Shown here piece by piece: positions 1-11,960 of a DNA stretch of 64,000 bases (its first letter is position 1; each line of letters starts with the position of its first letter). The notes below the pieces were generated by a model that was not told where the DNA came from, ran no database searches, and saw only the letters and a list, made by a program, of their open reading frames with translations. The translations under genes were made by a program, and so were the position numbers. The DNA is taken from the NCBI GenBank assembly GCA_951406725.2, contig OX597824.1:47740001-47804000 (forward strand). The letters run 5' to 3'. Source of the DNA: Octopus vulgaris (Eukaryota).

Positions 1-985
1 TCCCAAACCTCTGTAACATTGCCAGGTCAAGGACTTTTGGAAGTTATCCAGTGTCCACAACCCAAACGTACGAAAAAACAGGCTGTCAAGTTGAATATGC
101 CTGAGACCCTGAGTCTCTACTGTAGTACTGTCACCACTGGCATTATCTGAGCAATGGAATAGCAGGAGGGCTATGTGACACTCCGTATGCCATTCACTCA
201 ACCTAGATCTACGAAAGCACCAGGCTTCCCATCCACCAAAACTAGCAAATGAGGGATACGTTTGTTTCACCAGCAGAGACCACACCCGTTCACCATCCAG
301 AAGAATCCATAGATGTCTCAACCTCAGTGTGTGTTTGCGCATCAACAGCCAAGGCATCCCTAGTCTTCCCTTTAACAGTCTTTGACAGCAAATAGAGCGT
401 TTTACAACTGGCTTTGAGCCCTTCCACACAAAAATGAAAGAGCTGTCTTTCCAACTTGATCAACCATGAATCCAGCAAATAATAATGGTTAGACGGTAGG
501 CCAATGTGTTCATCACATTGGTCATTACAACCGATGCGAGGAACACATTGGCCACCTCTGCCCGCCCTTTCAGGGACAGCCACTGTCAAGACCAGGTTCT
601 GACTATGTGAGCCACTCTGCTCGTAACTTCAGCCCAGTTCTTCTCTACATGGAGGTCTTGACCAAACCAGAACCCTAGCAACTTAACCGGGCCCTCTGTC
701 AAAGTCCTACGACGCTGTCTGAAGGCATCGACTTGCCCCTCCAGGTACCAAGTTGCAAGCCGACCAATTTTTCCAGGTTAATCTTTGCTCCTGCCACCGT
801 CTCATAAACCTCAATGGCCTTGCCTACCTCCTGTAAGTGTTCCATTTTCGTCATCTGCATAAGCTGAAACCGACTTTCAACATCCTGGCACTCTTGGGAT
901 GTCACTCAACCTTTTGCAGTAACAGCTCAAGAGCCAAAACATACAAAAGCAATGAGAGTGGACACCCTTGGTGACCGAGTGTTTG
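1..985 (-). mobile_element. Degraded L1/Tx1-clade LINE ORF2 fragment (RT region and downstream)
   Basis: Minus strand near 900-975 reads QGCPLSLLLYVLALELLLQKVE (L1-type RT motif), then YETVAGAKINLEK...GLQLGTWRGK (ORF 699..905) and WLIKLERQLFHF (ORF 290..589). Frameshifted. Confidence 0.75.
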
Positions 986-3800
986 ATCCAGCGGATCATG
1001 CTAGCTCCATTTCTTTCAAGCCTACGCGTGTCCTCCGCAGTCATGGCCCATGTTTCACTACTGTGAAGCATGGCAGTTCGCACACATGCGTTGTACAATC
1101 TACCTTTCACTCTGAACGAGAGACCCTTTGTTGCCAGTAGAGGAAGAAGCTTTCTAAACTTCGTCCAGGCTATTTCTTATTCTAGTGGTAACACTCGCTG
1201 AGCATCCACCCCAACTAATAACTTGGTCACCTAGGTAGCGGAAGCTATCAACTACTTCTAGTTTTTTCCCCTGGAGTGTGATGGAATCTGTTTTCTGAGT
1301 ATCTGTGGTGTCTATTACCCCTGTGCGTCTGCCGTACAAGAATGCTATCTTCTCGCTTAATTTTTCTTTGATGTTGCTGCACTTCTTATGTGTCCATAGC
1401 TTACACTGGGTACATCTTATGGAGTTTCTACCTACACCTTTTCTACATATTGAGCTGGGCCACCTACCTGAAGGGGTGTGTGATGAGTTCACCTTCCTAC
1501 TTACTAGAACTTTGGTCTTTGCTACATTGACTCTAAGGCCTTTTGATTCTAAACCTAGCTTCCACACCCAAAATTTCTTTTCTAGTTCCGGTAGTGATTC
1601 TGCTATGAGGGCCAGGTCATCAGCATAGAGGAGCTACCAGGGGCAACCTGTCTTGAATTCCTCTGTTATTGTCTGGAGGACTATGATGAATAAAAGAGGA
1701 CTGAGGGCTGAACCTTGGTGGACCCCTATTTCTACCCGGAATTCTTCACTATACTCATTGCCAATCCTAACCTTACTAACGGCCTCTCTGTAAAGGGCCT
1801 CTACAGCCCTTGTTAACCATTCATCAATCTCCAGTTTCCGCATCACCCACCAGATAAGAGATCGGGGGACCCTGTGAAAGGCTTTCTTCAAGTTCACAAA
1901 AGCTTAGTATAGGGGTTTATCTTTAGCTAGGTATTTCTTCTGCAGTTGTTGAACCAGGAATATGGCATCAGTGGTGCTTCTACCCGGCACAAAACCAAAA
2001 TGCATTTCATCTAAGCAGACACTCTCCCTAATGAGATGGGCTATGACCCTCTCTGTGACTTTCATCACCCGATCCAGCAGTTTGATACCCCTGTAGTTAT
2101 TTCTATCTAGCACATCACCTTTACCCTTGTAGCAGTTGACTATGGTGCTGCTACGCCAGTCGTTGGGTATGACTCCATCATGAGTACCTGGTTTACAATG
2201 CGGGTGACTAGGCCATAGCCCACACCACCAGATGTTTTAAGCATCTCAGCAGTGATTCCTGATGGGCCGGGGGCTTTTCCTGGCTTCATACCCCTTAATT
2301 GCTTTATCTACTTGGGAGCTGTCTATTTGGATAGCTGGTCCCTCTACTGGGTCAACACTTGGCAGGCTCTCCTCCTCCCATTCATTCTCCACATTTAGTA
2401 GTCTTTCAAAATAGCTTCTCCAAGCCTCTTTCTTTTCAGAATCATTAAAATCAAGTGCACCATCATTCATGCACATTTCTCTCCTGTGACATCACAATTT
2501 TCTCTCACACAGTCTTGCAATCCGAAATACCTCAGTTCTTTGGCCCTCACGTTGCTGGACATTGGCAAGCTTCTTCTTTTCCACCTCGCTCTTGGCTGTG
2601 TATACCTTCTGCCCAGCCTCCTTTTTGGCTACCTGGTACAGTTTCCTACAACTCCCATTCTTCCGGGCTTTCCAGGCCTGTTTCTTTGCTCTAATGGTCC
2701 TGTCTACCATACTATTCCACCACCATGTAACTCTAGGTCTGGAAGGGACTTTGCACCATCCGCAGACTTAGTCTGTAGCACTCAGCAAGCTGTCCTGTAG
2801 GAATTTCCAGCTACCTTCTATGTCCAATGTTTGTAGCTCCTCCTCCCTCTCCTCAAATTTTTTGATGAAGATATCCCTAAATCTTTGACCATGTGAAGGG
2901 TTCTTTATGTTCCAAATCCTTCTTTTTTGGATTGGTCTGCTTCTTGGTATCCTTCTGGTCTTGAGCCCAAAGTCACTAACGACCAGCCTTTGCTGGGGAG
3001 TACATTCTTCACCCGGAAGGGTCTTTGTATTTAAGAGTAACCCTGCGTCCTGTTGTCTGGTGAGTATGAAATCAATTTGGCTAGCAGAGTCCCCTGATTG
3101 ATAGGTTATAAGATGGCTGTCTGGCTTCCTGAAGTTAGTGTTGCAGATTAAAAGGTTTCACGCATCACAAAACTCCAGTAGCCTGGTTCCCTCATCGTTT
3201 CAGGTGCCAATACCATGGCCACCGTGTACCCCAGTGAAGACACCAGATTCCTGCCCAACATGCCCATTAAAGTCTCCAACCACAAAGATGAGGTCATTGC
3301 CACTCGTCTTTGAGGTAGCCTGTAGAAGGGTATCATAAAAGTGGTCCTTCTGATCATTTTGTGGTCCTGCATGTGGGGCGTAGGCAGAGATAATTGTAGC
3401 TGTGCTGTTCTGCAGGACTAGCCTGAGCTTAAGCACTCTATCGCATACCCTAACAACCTCTATGACCTTATCCACCCATTTCTCTGTGAGGAGTATGCCT
3501 ACATCCCTTACACCATCCATGTTGCCTTGCCAGAAGACTTTATACCTATGTACCTTGCCTGTGAGGACCCTAGCTGAAGCTCCTCTCCATCTTACCTCTT
3601 GTATGCAGCATACATCAACCCGTCTCCTTTCAAGTATTTCTGCAATCTCACTAGACCTACCTTTCAGTGTGCCAACATTGACAGTGCCAAGTCTGAAAAC
3701 TGGGAAGGGAATGTAGGGTTAGGTTTGGGGAGGAGGGATGTTATTCAGTGTCTGAAAAGAAGAGGGTTGTTGTGGTGTTCGTTTTTTAGGCATGCTTCTT
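986..3800 (-). mobile_element. RTE-clade LINE, near full-length ORF (APE endonuclease + RT + PHD-like finger), frameshifted, 3' end missing
   Basis: Endonuclease motifs TVNVGTL, IQEVRW, ISAYAP, VGDFNGHVG, QIDFIL. RT motifs NYRGIKLL, HFGFVPGRSTTDAIF, VHQGSALSPLLF, YADD, FRYLG. The 5' boundary is approximate. Confidence 0.9.
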
Positions 3801-4189
3801 CTGTTCTCTCTTCCGACCTGACAACATTCAAGCATGTTAAGATTGTTGCCCCTACTGGAGGTAGGAGCCGGTGTTAGCGTTGTAAGCATAAGCATTATGG
3901 TCATCGAATGATGTAGATTCAAGCGGTGTAGCAAAAATATGGATATTCCAATGTTAGGTTAGGAAGGGGTCAGCTGAAACTGGTTGTGTTTGTTCCGGTA
4001 GAGGGGGATTGCAGGTATAATGGAGGGTACCACCAGCAAGGAAGGGTTCAGACAGAGAGAGAGGAAAAGCTCATTCCTATATATACACAAGCACACTCAC
4101 ACACAGGAACAAGCACACAAGGACAGCCAAATAGCTTTCTCCTTCACTTCGTAAGGCCAAGGAAAATTCCTGGGTAGTTGTTGTCATGT

Positions 4190-4625
4190 TTCTATACAGA
4201 ATGAAAATGGAATGAACGATAGCTGGTTAAGTAGGTGGGCAGATAACTTGGTTGCGTTTGTCCCAGTAGAGAGATAGTGAAGGTGCAGGTAATAGAAGGA
4301 ACAGCACCAGTGAGGAGGGGGGAATTGGGAGAAGAGATAACTGGAAGGGGTGGTGACAAATTTCTAGACAGAATGAAACGTAAGATAGTCAGTGAAGTGG
4401 GTGGGTGGATGAGCAGCTGGGCTGGTTGCATTTGTCCTAGGAGAGAGAGAAGTGAAGGTAATATATGGAGAACAGCCCAGTGAGGAGGAGAGTGGGAGAA
4501 TAGACACAGGTAATGGTGGTGGGAGAAGGGATATCCAGTGTAGATGGTGGGAAGATAGAGATATCCAGTATTGGTTGTGGTGGTGGGAAGATAGAGATAT
4601 CCGGTATTGGTGTTGGGGTGGGAAA
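4190..4625. repeat. Degenerate tandem repeats (about 170-bp duplication plus about 36-bp unit x3)
   Basis: ACAGAATGAAA...GGTTGC.TTTGTCC.AG.AGAGA...AGTGAAGGT occurs at about 4195 and about 4368. GGTGGGAAGATAGAGATATCC.GTATTGG recurs across 4515-4620. Confidence 0.6.
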
Positions 4626-5593
4626 GGGTGGGTGCACTGTAAACAAGCAAAGATTTGTTTGGGGGACAGAGGAGAAACACACATATGTGTACAATGTATG
4701 GCGGTTTAGTTCACAGGTGATCCCAGTGATTAGGTATGCTAGGTAAGTGCTGTAACGGATTACTAGGGCTCCAAGTTTATAGCCAAGATGGCAGTTATGG
4801 AGACATTGCAGATTTCCGATGCAGTGGATATATAATTGTTAAACAGGTCAACAAACGTTAAGGCAAGGCAAACATCTCGAGTGATATACACTATTATTAT
4901 AACAAGAAATTCAAAGTCTTATAGCTGTTTGGGGGATATTCCATCATCACAAAGAAATAGCGGGTAAAAAATATGGAAAATGAAAATGGTATATATCAAT
5001 ATGATGACAACATAGAGGAAGGGTGTAAAAGAATAAGGAGATGGAAAGCGAGAAGAACAAAGAAGCATAAAAGTTCATAGTTCAACTTTCTGAAGTTACA
5101 GACACCAGAGAATGAGTCCTTAGGTGCAATCCTACGTAGATCTATGAGTGTAAGTCTTTTGGTGCAATCCTGCATATATCCATGTGGGTTAAAGTCCTGA
5201 TATAGTAGACATCCCAAGCAAAAGACGCGAATATATCAATGTTCTATAACAGAATGGTAGCAGAGGTAGCTATTAATTGGTGAAAGTAAAGAAGAAAAAA
5301 GAAATAGAAAGATAGGTAGATAGAGTGAGGGGGGGGGGGATTTCAGGATCAACTATAGGACAAAGTAAGGTGCATATGTGTATGGGGTAGCCGAGAAGAT
5401 GAGAAAGAAGTAGAGGTACCCTATCTTTCATCCCTTTTCATTTCTTAGCCCAAGTGTTGATAAAATAAGTGTTATTGATATTGTTATTAACATAGTTTAT
5501 TTAATTCAGCTACATGCCTCTTGTCCTAAAATCAATCTCTTGTACTTAACAAAAGAAATTGGTGGTTGAAGTTCTATATATTTTACATTTCAG

Positions 5594-5691
5594 GTTGTGG
5601 GAAGCACGTTGAAAGTGTGATGAAAGATGTTCCAGATGAGGACAAATGTAAATGTGAGGTTCACAACCCTAAATCATGTTCAGCAATTTGA
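5594..5691 (+). CDS. Terminal coding exon of a small Cys/His-rich protein: (G)CGKHVESVMKDVPDEDKCKCEVHNPKSCSAI*; upstream exon not found in window
   Basis: Acceptor ttttacatttcAG at 5581-5593, phase 1, open frame to TGA at 5689-5691. GCGxH...CxC motif and C-terminal CaaX (CSAI). Followed by repeat-free, AT-rich, UTR-like sequence. Confidence 0.7.
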
Positions 5692-6119
5692 AAATAAGTT
5701 TATTCCTTCAGTTTATCAACTGAAAATGCAGTAGCATGAATATTTTGTTATCTCTATTTTCATCAACCATGAATCATTAAAAGTGTTAAACAATGTCGAT
5801 TTTGTTGAAGTTTTTCTTTCATATGTTTTCTCATGAATAATACCTGATTATCTTACTGCACTTCTGTTTTTGATGTGGCAGTATTTCACTTGAATAATGG
5901 TGTTGCTCTAGTGTAAGTAGTTCCTAGTTAAATTTCCTTTACATTTGTAATGCATTTCAAATACTTGGCTGTTTTAAATTTTTATTCTTGTCCTCATTTT
6001 TATGAGGATGAGACCTGATTTTATACTGCTATAAAAATACAATTTGGTGATCAGAGTTTTTTTTTATCTAATCTTACTTGGAACAAGAGTCTAGAGTTTT
6101 TTAAGTAAAATTCAAAAAA

Positions 6120-7290
6120 AGTATTTAGATATTTGTACATTTATTCAACCACATATGTCACGTTTTGTTCCATTACCTTTTGCCATATTTAAGGCAGTCT
6201 CATGATCCCATTCTCTCAGAACTTGGCATCTTTCTGGATCATGAACTGTTCTAAGTGGTTTTTACGAACTTCCAAAGAATCGAAGTCTCTCCCATTAAGA
6301 GAATTTTGTAAGGTTTGAAATAAATGGTAATCTGAAGTTGCAAGATCGGGTGAATACAGTGGATGTGGTAGGGCATCCCAACCAAGCTGTACCAATTTCT
6401 GCTGGATCTGCAAGGAAACATGAAATCTAGTGTTGTCCTGAATGAAGATGACACCCTTCTGATTGACCAATTCTGGATGTTTTTCATCAATTGCCTCCTT
6501 TAATTGGTCTGATTGGCAACAACAATTGTCTGAATTCAACCGCTGAATTTGCACGAGCATGTAATACACAATACCCTTCCAATCCTTCCTGATACTGAGC
6601 ATCAACTTCAGATACTACCAGCTTTTGGAGTGATTAAAGGCGGTTCATTTTGTTTTCTGATGAACTTTGTTTACTGTACATTCATCATCATCATCATCGT
6701 TTAACGTCCGCTTTCCATGCTAGCATGGGTTGGACGGTTCAACTGGGGTCTGGCAAGCCCGAAGGCTGCACCAGGCCAGTCAGATATGGCAGTGTTTCTA
6801 CAGCTGGATGCCCTTCCTAACGCCAACCACTCCGAGAGTGTTGTAAATAATCCATTTTTCATCATATGCGATTGTTCTATTCAAAAATGGCTAATTTTTG
6901 TTGAGTTTGAGCAGAGAATTCAAGATGGAAATGCAGTCCATTAGATTATGAGGCACCCAAATATCAGCAATTTGGGTACCCAAATAGTTGTAAATACGTT
7001 ATGACACTCATAAGAAATATGTGAAGTATCTCTGCAACATCTTGTCGTGTGACCTGGATTATTTTTGATTAGCATTTCAGTTTGGTTGCCATTAATGCAA
7101 GGATGTTCATGGTCTTCCAGTTCAAAATTTTCACTCCTTAACCTCATGATGACTTACAGTCCTCTCAGCTATGGTACTATCTCCATAAATTGTATCTTTT
7201 TTGCTGTTTGTACAGCATTTTCCTCCTTTCTGGAAAAAAAGAGCATCAAACGATGAAAATGTATCTCATATTCTTCCATTTTCATTTTTA
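6120..7290 (-). mobile_element. Mariner (Mos1-like) transposase relic, interrupted by an RTE 3'-tail insertion
   Basis: ORF 6216..6605 has QDNTRFH...WDALPHPLYSPDLATSDYHLFQTLQNSLNG. N-terminal HTH remnant at 6940-7270. Confidence 0.85.
6683..6843 (-). mobile_element. RTE 3'-end fragment with (GAT)n tail, nested in mariner
   Basis: (CAT)n-CGTTTAACGTCCGCTTTCCATGCTAGCATGGGTTGGACGG... matches the terminus of the RTE copy at 29927. Confidence 0.85.
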
Positions 7291-8229
7291 ATGTAAAAAC
7301 AGTAGAAATGGGGGGGGGAAGGAATCATAGAGACGATGCATATCCTGCACACAAGGTTAAAATAAAATTTAATTTAATAACTATATTCTTAGACGAATTC
7401 ATATTTCAACAAAATGACATCAAGAGTTATTTCCCCTCCGTATTTATACAATATGTAACAAAGTATAAAAAAGGCATTTTGATTCACCCGTCCACCAAAA
7501 TTTTATGAGTTCAAGCCTCTCAACCAATGAGTATTTCTGCCAAATTTGGTGCAAATCCATTCAGCCGTTTTCCAGTTATAAACTATTCCCACAGTAATAA
7601 TATAGAGACTTGTTGAAACGTCACCTTTCAGAAAATACATATATGTCATATGCTTCTATCACATGAGATTTAAATCACCTTGTTTAAATGCCACCAATTG
7701 AAAAGTGAAACAAACTTGTTCCAGCTCTATGTCCAACTTTTTCTCTTAAACTGTTGAGTTATTTTGTATTAGATATAAAACGTCCAGTGATGGCTGGAAG
7801 AACTGTCTTTTTGATGTCACTTGAGTAAATCCCCATGCTTATTAACAAATCAAAAGTTTATGCATGGTCTGTTATTGGCAACTTATGACTATGTTGTCAA
7901 AGTTGTATATATTTTCTTAATATGCACAGATATTCACATCAAGGAATACACATATATGATGTGTAACAAAAACAACTGATCGATGCTTTTAAGGGAAACA
8001 ACATTGGAGAAGGAAACCAGGTGTGTCTTCTATAAGGAGTAATGAAGTAAAACCATGAAAATGGTCTATCACACAAACTTCTTTTTTCACATCAAAAGAA
8101 TAGAATGAATGTGTTTACAGTCTTATACCCTCGCAGCTAAGCATTCTAATATTTAAAGTTTTTCTTTAAAATATTTCTTTTCTAATTCATGCTGTGTTGT
8201 GCATCATCTATATTGTTTAATTAATGAAA

Positions 8230-9400
8230 ATCTATCTGAAGTACTATTATGCACATTAAGCTATCCTCTTCTGTGTTAGCACAATCTATTACTGCTTTAC
8301 ATGCTAAATATCTCATGGGAGGAAGATACTGGGTATGTCTTTTCTATGGAAGAGTCAACAAACCATGAAATTTTCCATCAGGAAACTGCTGTTCTTTTTT
8401 GTTCTGCACAGTCTAAAAATGGCTGGACAATTGTGAAACATGAAGAGGGAGCAGGATGCCCACCAGCCCCCACCACTGACAAGAAAATTCAACACTTTCA
8501 AGAGATGGTTCTGGCAAACCAGTGAGTGACCATTGATGAGATAGCATGTTCTCTGCAAATTAGTCATGGTTCTGCATACAAAATCATCCATGACAGATTT
8601 CACCTCTGCAAAGTCTGTGCAAGATGAGTACCAAGAGAGCTTTCTGAAATGCATAAGTAAAATTGTGTGGAGATCTATCAATGCTTAGTTGACCACTACA
8701 ATGGTGAAGGCAAAACTGTTTTAGGAGAAAATAGTCACAGGAAATGAGACCTGGGTTCATCATTTCAAGCCAAACTCCAAAAGGCAGAGCATGGAGTAAA
8801 AACACCTGCAATTGCCAGTGAAAAAGAAATTTGAGACAATAGAAAAAGTGGTAATAAGTTTTTGGGGATACACAAGGGCCTATACTGGAACATTACCTGG
8901 AAAAGGGGGTTTACAGCCACCAGTGAAGGGTTTGGCCAACAAACTGAAACAAGTAATTTGCACCAAACACCAAGGTCTATTGTTAAGATAAGTGTTATTG
9001 TTTCATGACTAATCATGCCACACCATTGAAAAATTGGGTTTCAAGTTACTCAAATACTCTGCATATCGTCCAGATCTCACCTTTTCTGACTATCACCTCT
9101 TTTGACTGCTCAAACTTCCTTTATGAAAAAGCTCAGAAAGCAGTGCATTGATGAGATAGCATGTTCTCTGCAAATTAGTCATGGTTCTGCATACAAAATT
9201 ATCTGTGGTAAGCTTCACTTCTGCAAAGTCTGTGTGAGATGAGTGTCAAGAGAGCTTAAGCAAGCTAGTTGGCTGCTGGAAGAAGTGCATCAAAAAGCAA
9301 GTAGACTATAACAAAAAATTATGTAACTGTTCAATGCCATGCTTTTGTTTTAATAACTTACAGAAACAAGAGTGTGTGCAATTATTGACTTACCTGCATA
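8230..9400 (+). mobile_element. Second mariner relic with internal duplication
   Basis: Degenerate motifs KVCAR*VPRE (WVPR-like), IVTGNETWVHHFKP, AYRPDLTFSDYHLF. TIR-like end near 9380-9400. Confidence 0.75.
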
Positions 9401-9690
9401 TATGTTTTTTTTCATTTTCACGTGTGTTTTTTCTACTAGCATGTATCGATGTATATATTATTGAGACATTGTTTTACAGCTGGGTACCCTTCCTGTCACT
9501 AAACCATGCTAGGTTTCAAGAAAAGGATCCCATAATTTAAATGTCTTTGTGTGAAGTGAGTTGATGATTTATTGACAGCAGTGCCAACAACACTGTTCAT
9601 AGCTCGCAACTTTCAAGGAACACATGCAAATAAATACACAGATACATATACATACATACATAGACACATACACGTGTGTGTGTGTGTATA

Positions 9691-9730
<40 letters not shown>

Positions 9731-9779
9731 TATACATACATTTGTATGTATATATCTATATACATACGTAGACGTAGGA

Positions 9780-10130
9780 CCAGCTTGCTTACGAACCACA
9801 TGGTTCTGGATTCAGTCCCACTGCATGGCACATTGGGCAAGTGTCTTCTACTGTAGCCTCGGGCTGACCAAAGCCTTGTGAGTAGATTCGGTAGACGGAA
9901 CCTGAAAGAAGCCCATCGTATATATATGTGTGTGTCTGTGTTTGTTCCCCCAACATCACTTGACAATCGATGCTGGTGTGTTTACATCCCCGTAATTTAG
10001 CGGTTTGGCAAAAGAGACCGATAGAATAAGTACTAGGCTTACAAAGAATAAATCCTGGGGTCGATTTGCTTGAATAAAAGGCGGTGCTCTAGCATAGCTG
10101 CAGTCAAATGACTGAAACAAGTAAAAGAGT
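9780..10130 (+). mobile_element. tRNA-derived SINE (abundant family in this window)
   Basis: AACCACATGGTTC.GG.TTCAGTCCCACTG (B-box head)...GGCAAGTGTCTTCTAC...AGAATAAGTAC...GACTGAAACAAGTAAAAGAG. At least 10 related copies in the window. Confidence 0.85.
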
Positions 10131-10494
10131 ATATATATATATATATATATAGATAGATAGATAGATTGTCAGTATAGCGTATATGAAAAAAAGCACACTC
10201 TAAAGAATAGCGCAGTAAGTATTAAAGCAAAAGTTAAATTTTGGTCATAGAGTGACCAATGGTTTCGTATCCACAAAAGTTACAGCCTTGTGCACAGCTC
10301 TTTAGACTCTATACAAAGGCAAACTTAACTTTTCCCTTCCCCGATGTGAGGAAACGCTAAGATATCGAAATCTAGCGGCTGACCTACAAAAACGTTAAAT
10401 CTCCCCTTGACCATTGGATAAATAGAAGCTATAATCAAAATCTTTACGGTCTAATAGTTTAACCAGCAAATGGGGAGATCCAATTTTCTAGTAA

Positions 10495-10940
10495 CACATT
10501 TTGTGAAAATTTCTTTACAACTATTTAACGTACCAGCTAAATTGACCAATGTACAGGGAACGGCAGAGAGAATAAAAGATGCAGTAAATAATAGTAAAGG
10601 AGTTGGTGACGTGATGGGTACCAGTGAGGGTGGTGGTGTTGGAGAGGTAAGGGCAGGTGCCACAGCACGAGTGAGAGCAGAGTAAGGAGCCAGGCAGGGG
10701 TAGGGAAGAAACTGGACCAGGAGGTCACGCAGGTTGTGGGCTTGTTTGAAGGAGGGAAGGGATAGCTTAGTGAAGATGTACAAGGTGGAAGAGTCAGACT
10801 GGAGTCGCCAGAAGGTTCAGAGAATGATGCATTGGAGGGGTAGGTGAGGGGAAACAGGAGACGGATAAGGGCGGTGTGGGTGTGAAGAGAAAGAGGAGAG
10901 GCACGGTCCACAGACTGTGCCCAGGTCAGGGTATTGTGAA
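10495..10940 (-). mobile_element. Penelope-like element fragment (GIY-YIG region)
   Basis: Minus strand reads SFKQAHNLRDLLV, a Cys-rich linker, then YCIFYSLCRSLYIGQ (GIY-YIG N-terminal motif). Confidence 0.65.
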
Positions 10941-10969
10941 TAATATATATATATATATAGAGAGAGAGA

Positions 10970-11340
10970 GAGGTGTAACTATGTGGTAAGAAGCTTGCTT
11001 CCCAACCACATGGTTCCGGGTTCAATCCCACTGCGTGGCATCTTGGGCAAGTGTCTTTTAATATAGCTTCAGATCAACCAAAGCCTTGTTAGTGGATTTG
11101 GTAGATGGAAACTGAAAGAAGCCTGTCATATATATGTTTGTGTATCTATGTTTGTCCCCTCACCATTGCTTGAAAACCAATGCTGGTGTGTTTACTTACC
11201 TGTAATTTAGCAGTTCAGCAAAAGAGACCAATAGAATAAGTATCACGCTTATAAAGAATTAGTCCTGGGGTCAATTTGTTCGACTAAAGGCAGTGCTCCA
11301 GCATGGCCACAGTCAAATCTCTGAAACAAGTAAAAGAATT
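10970..11340 (+). mobile_element. tRNA-derived SINE
   Basis: A/B-box head TGTGGTAAGAAGCTTGCTTCCCAACCACATGGTTCCGGGTTCAATCCC; same body as the 9780 copy. Confidence 0.85.
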
Positions 11341-11479
11341 AAAAATAAAGGGATATATATTGTATAGAGGTAGTGATGGATGTGCAGCATATACCACTGG
11401 TAGACCTGCAAAAGATTTTCCTTCCACTCCTTCACATCAAACTTTGCCTCATGGAAAACTTCGTAAAAGCAATGACACA

Positions 11480-11960
11480 CGATGGTTGTGCTTCCAGTAC
11501 CCTACAAGTAAACTTGGTACAGAGCAAAGTGATGCAAAACTGAAAGCAGGCATTTTCATTGGACCCGAGATCAGAGAATTGATGTCTGATAGCAAATTCA
11601 GAGATACACTGAATCTAGTTGAGTTGACGGCATGGGATTCATTCGTGTTAGTTGTACAGAACTTTCTTGGAAATCATTGAGCTGAAAACTATGCTGATTT
11701 AATAAACAACATGTTAACGATGTATGAAAGAATGGGATGCTGAATGTCTCTTAAAATGCACTTCTTGCATTCTCATCTCGATTTTTGCAACGAATCTTGG
11801 TGCCATTAGTGATGAGCATGGTGAGAGGTTCCACCACGACATAGATGGAAATGAGGTATCAAGGCCAGTTCAATCCACACATAATGGGTGACTATTGCTG
11901 GTTCCTACAATGGGAGACCAGTACGATGCATAAACACAAGAGCAAGTGTCTCAAATATTT
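11480..11960 (+). mobile_element. Degraded transposase-like fragment, superfamily unassigned
   Basis: SDAKLKAGIFIGPEIRELM...NFLGNH, MSLKMHFLHSHLDF, AISDEHGERFHHDI, RYQG...MGDYCW: a motif string typical of a widespread invertebrate repeat-derived protein family. Stops and frameshifts present. Confidence 0.65.

Noticed and set aside
9569-9966. ORFs rich in YIYI/CVCV (also 22268, 39947, 44415-44736, 50159, 55771)
   Set aside because: These are translations of (TA)n/(TG)n microsatellites and SINEs.
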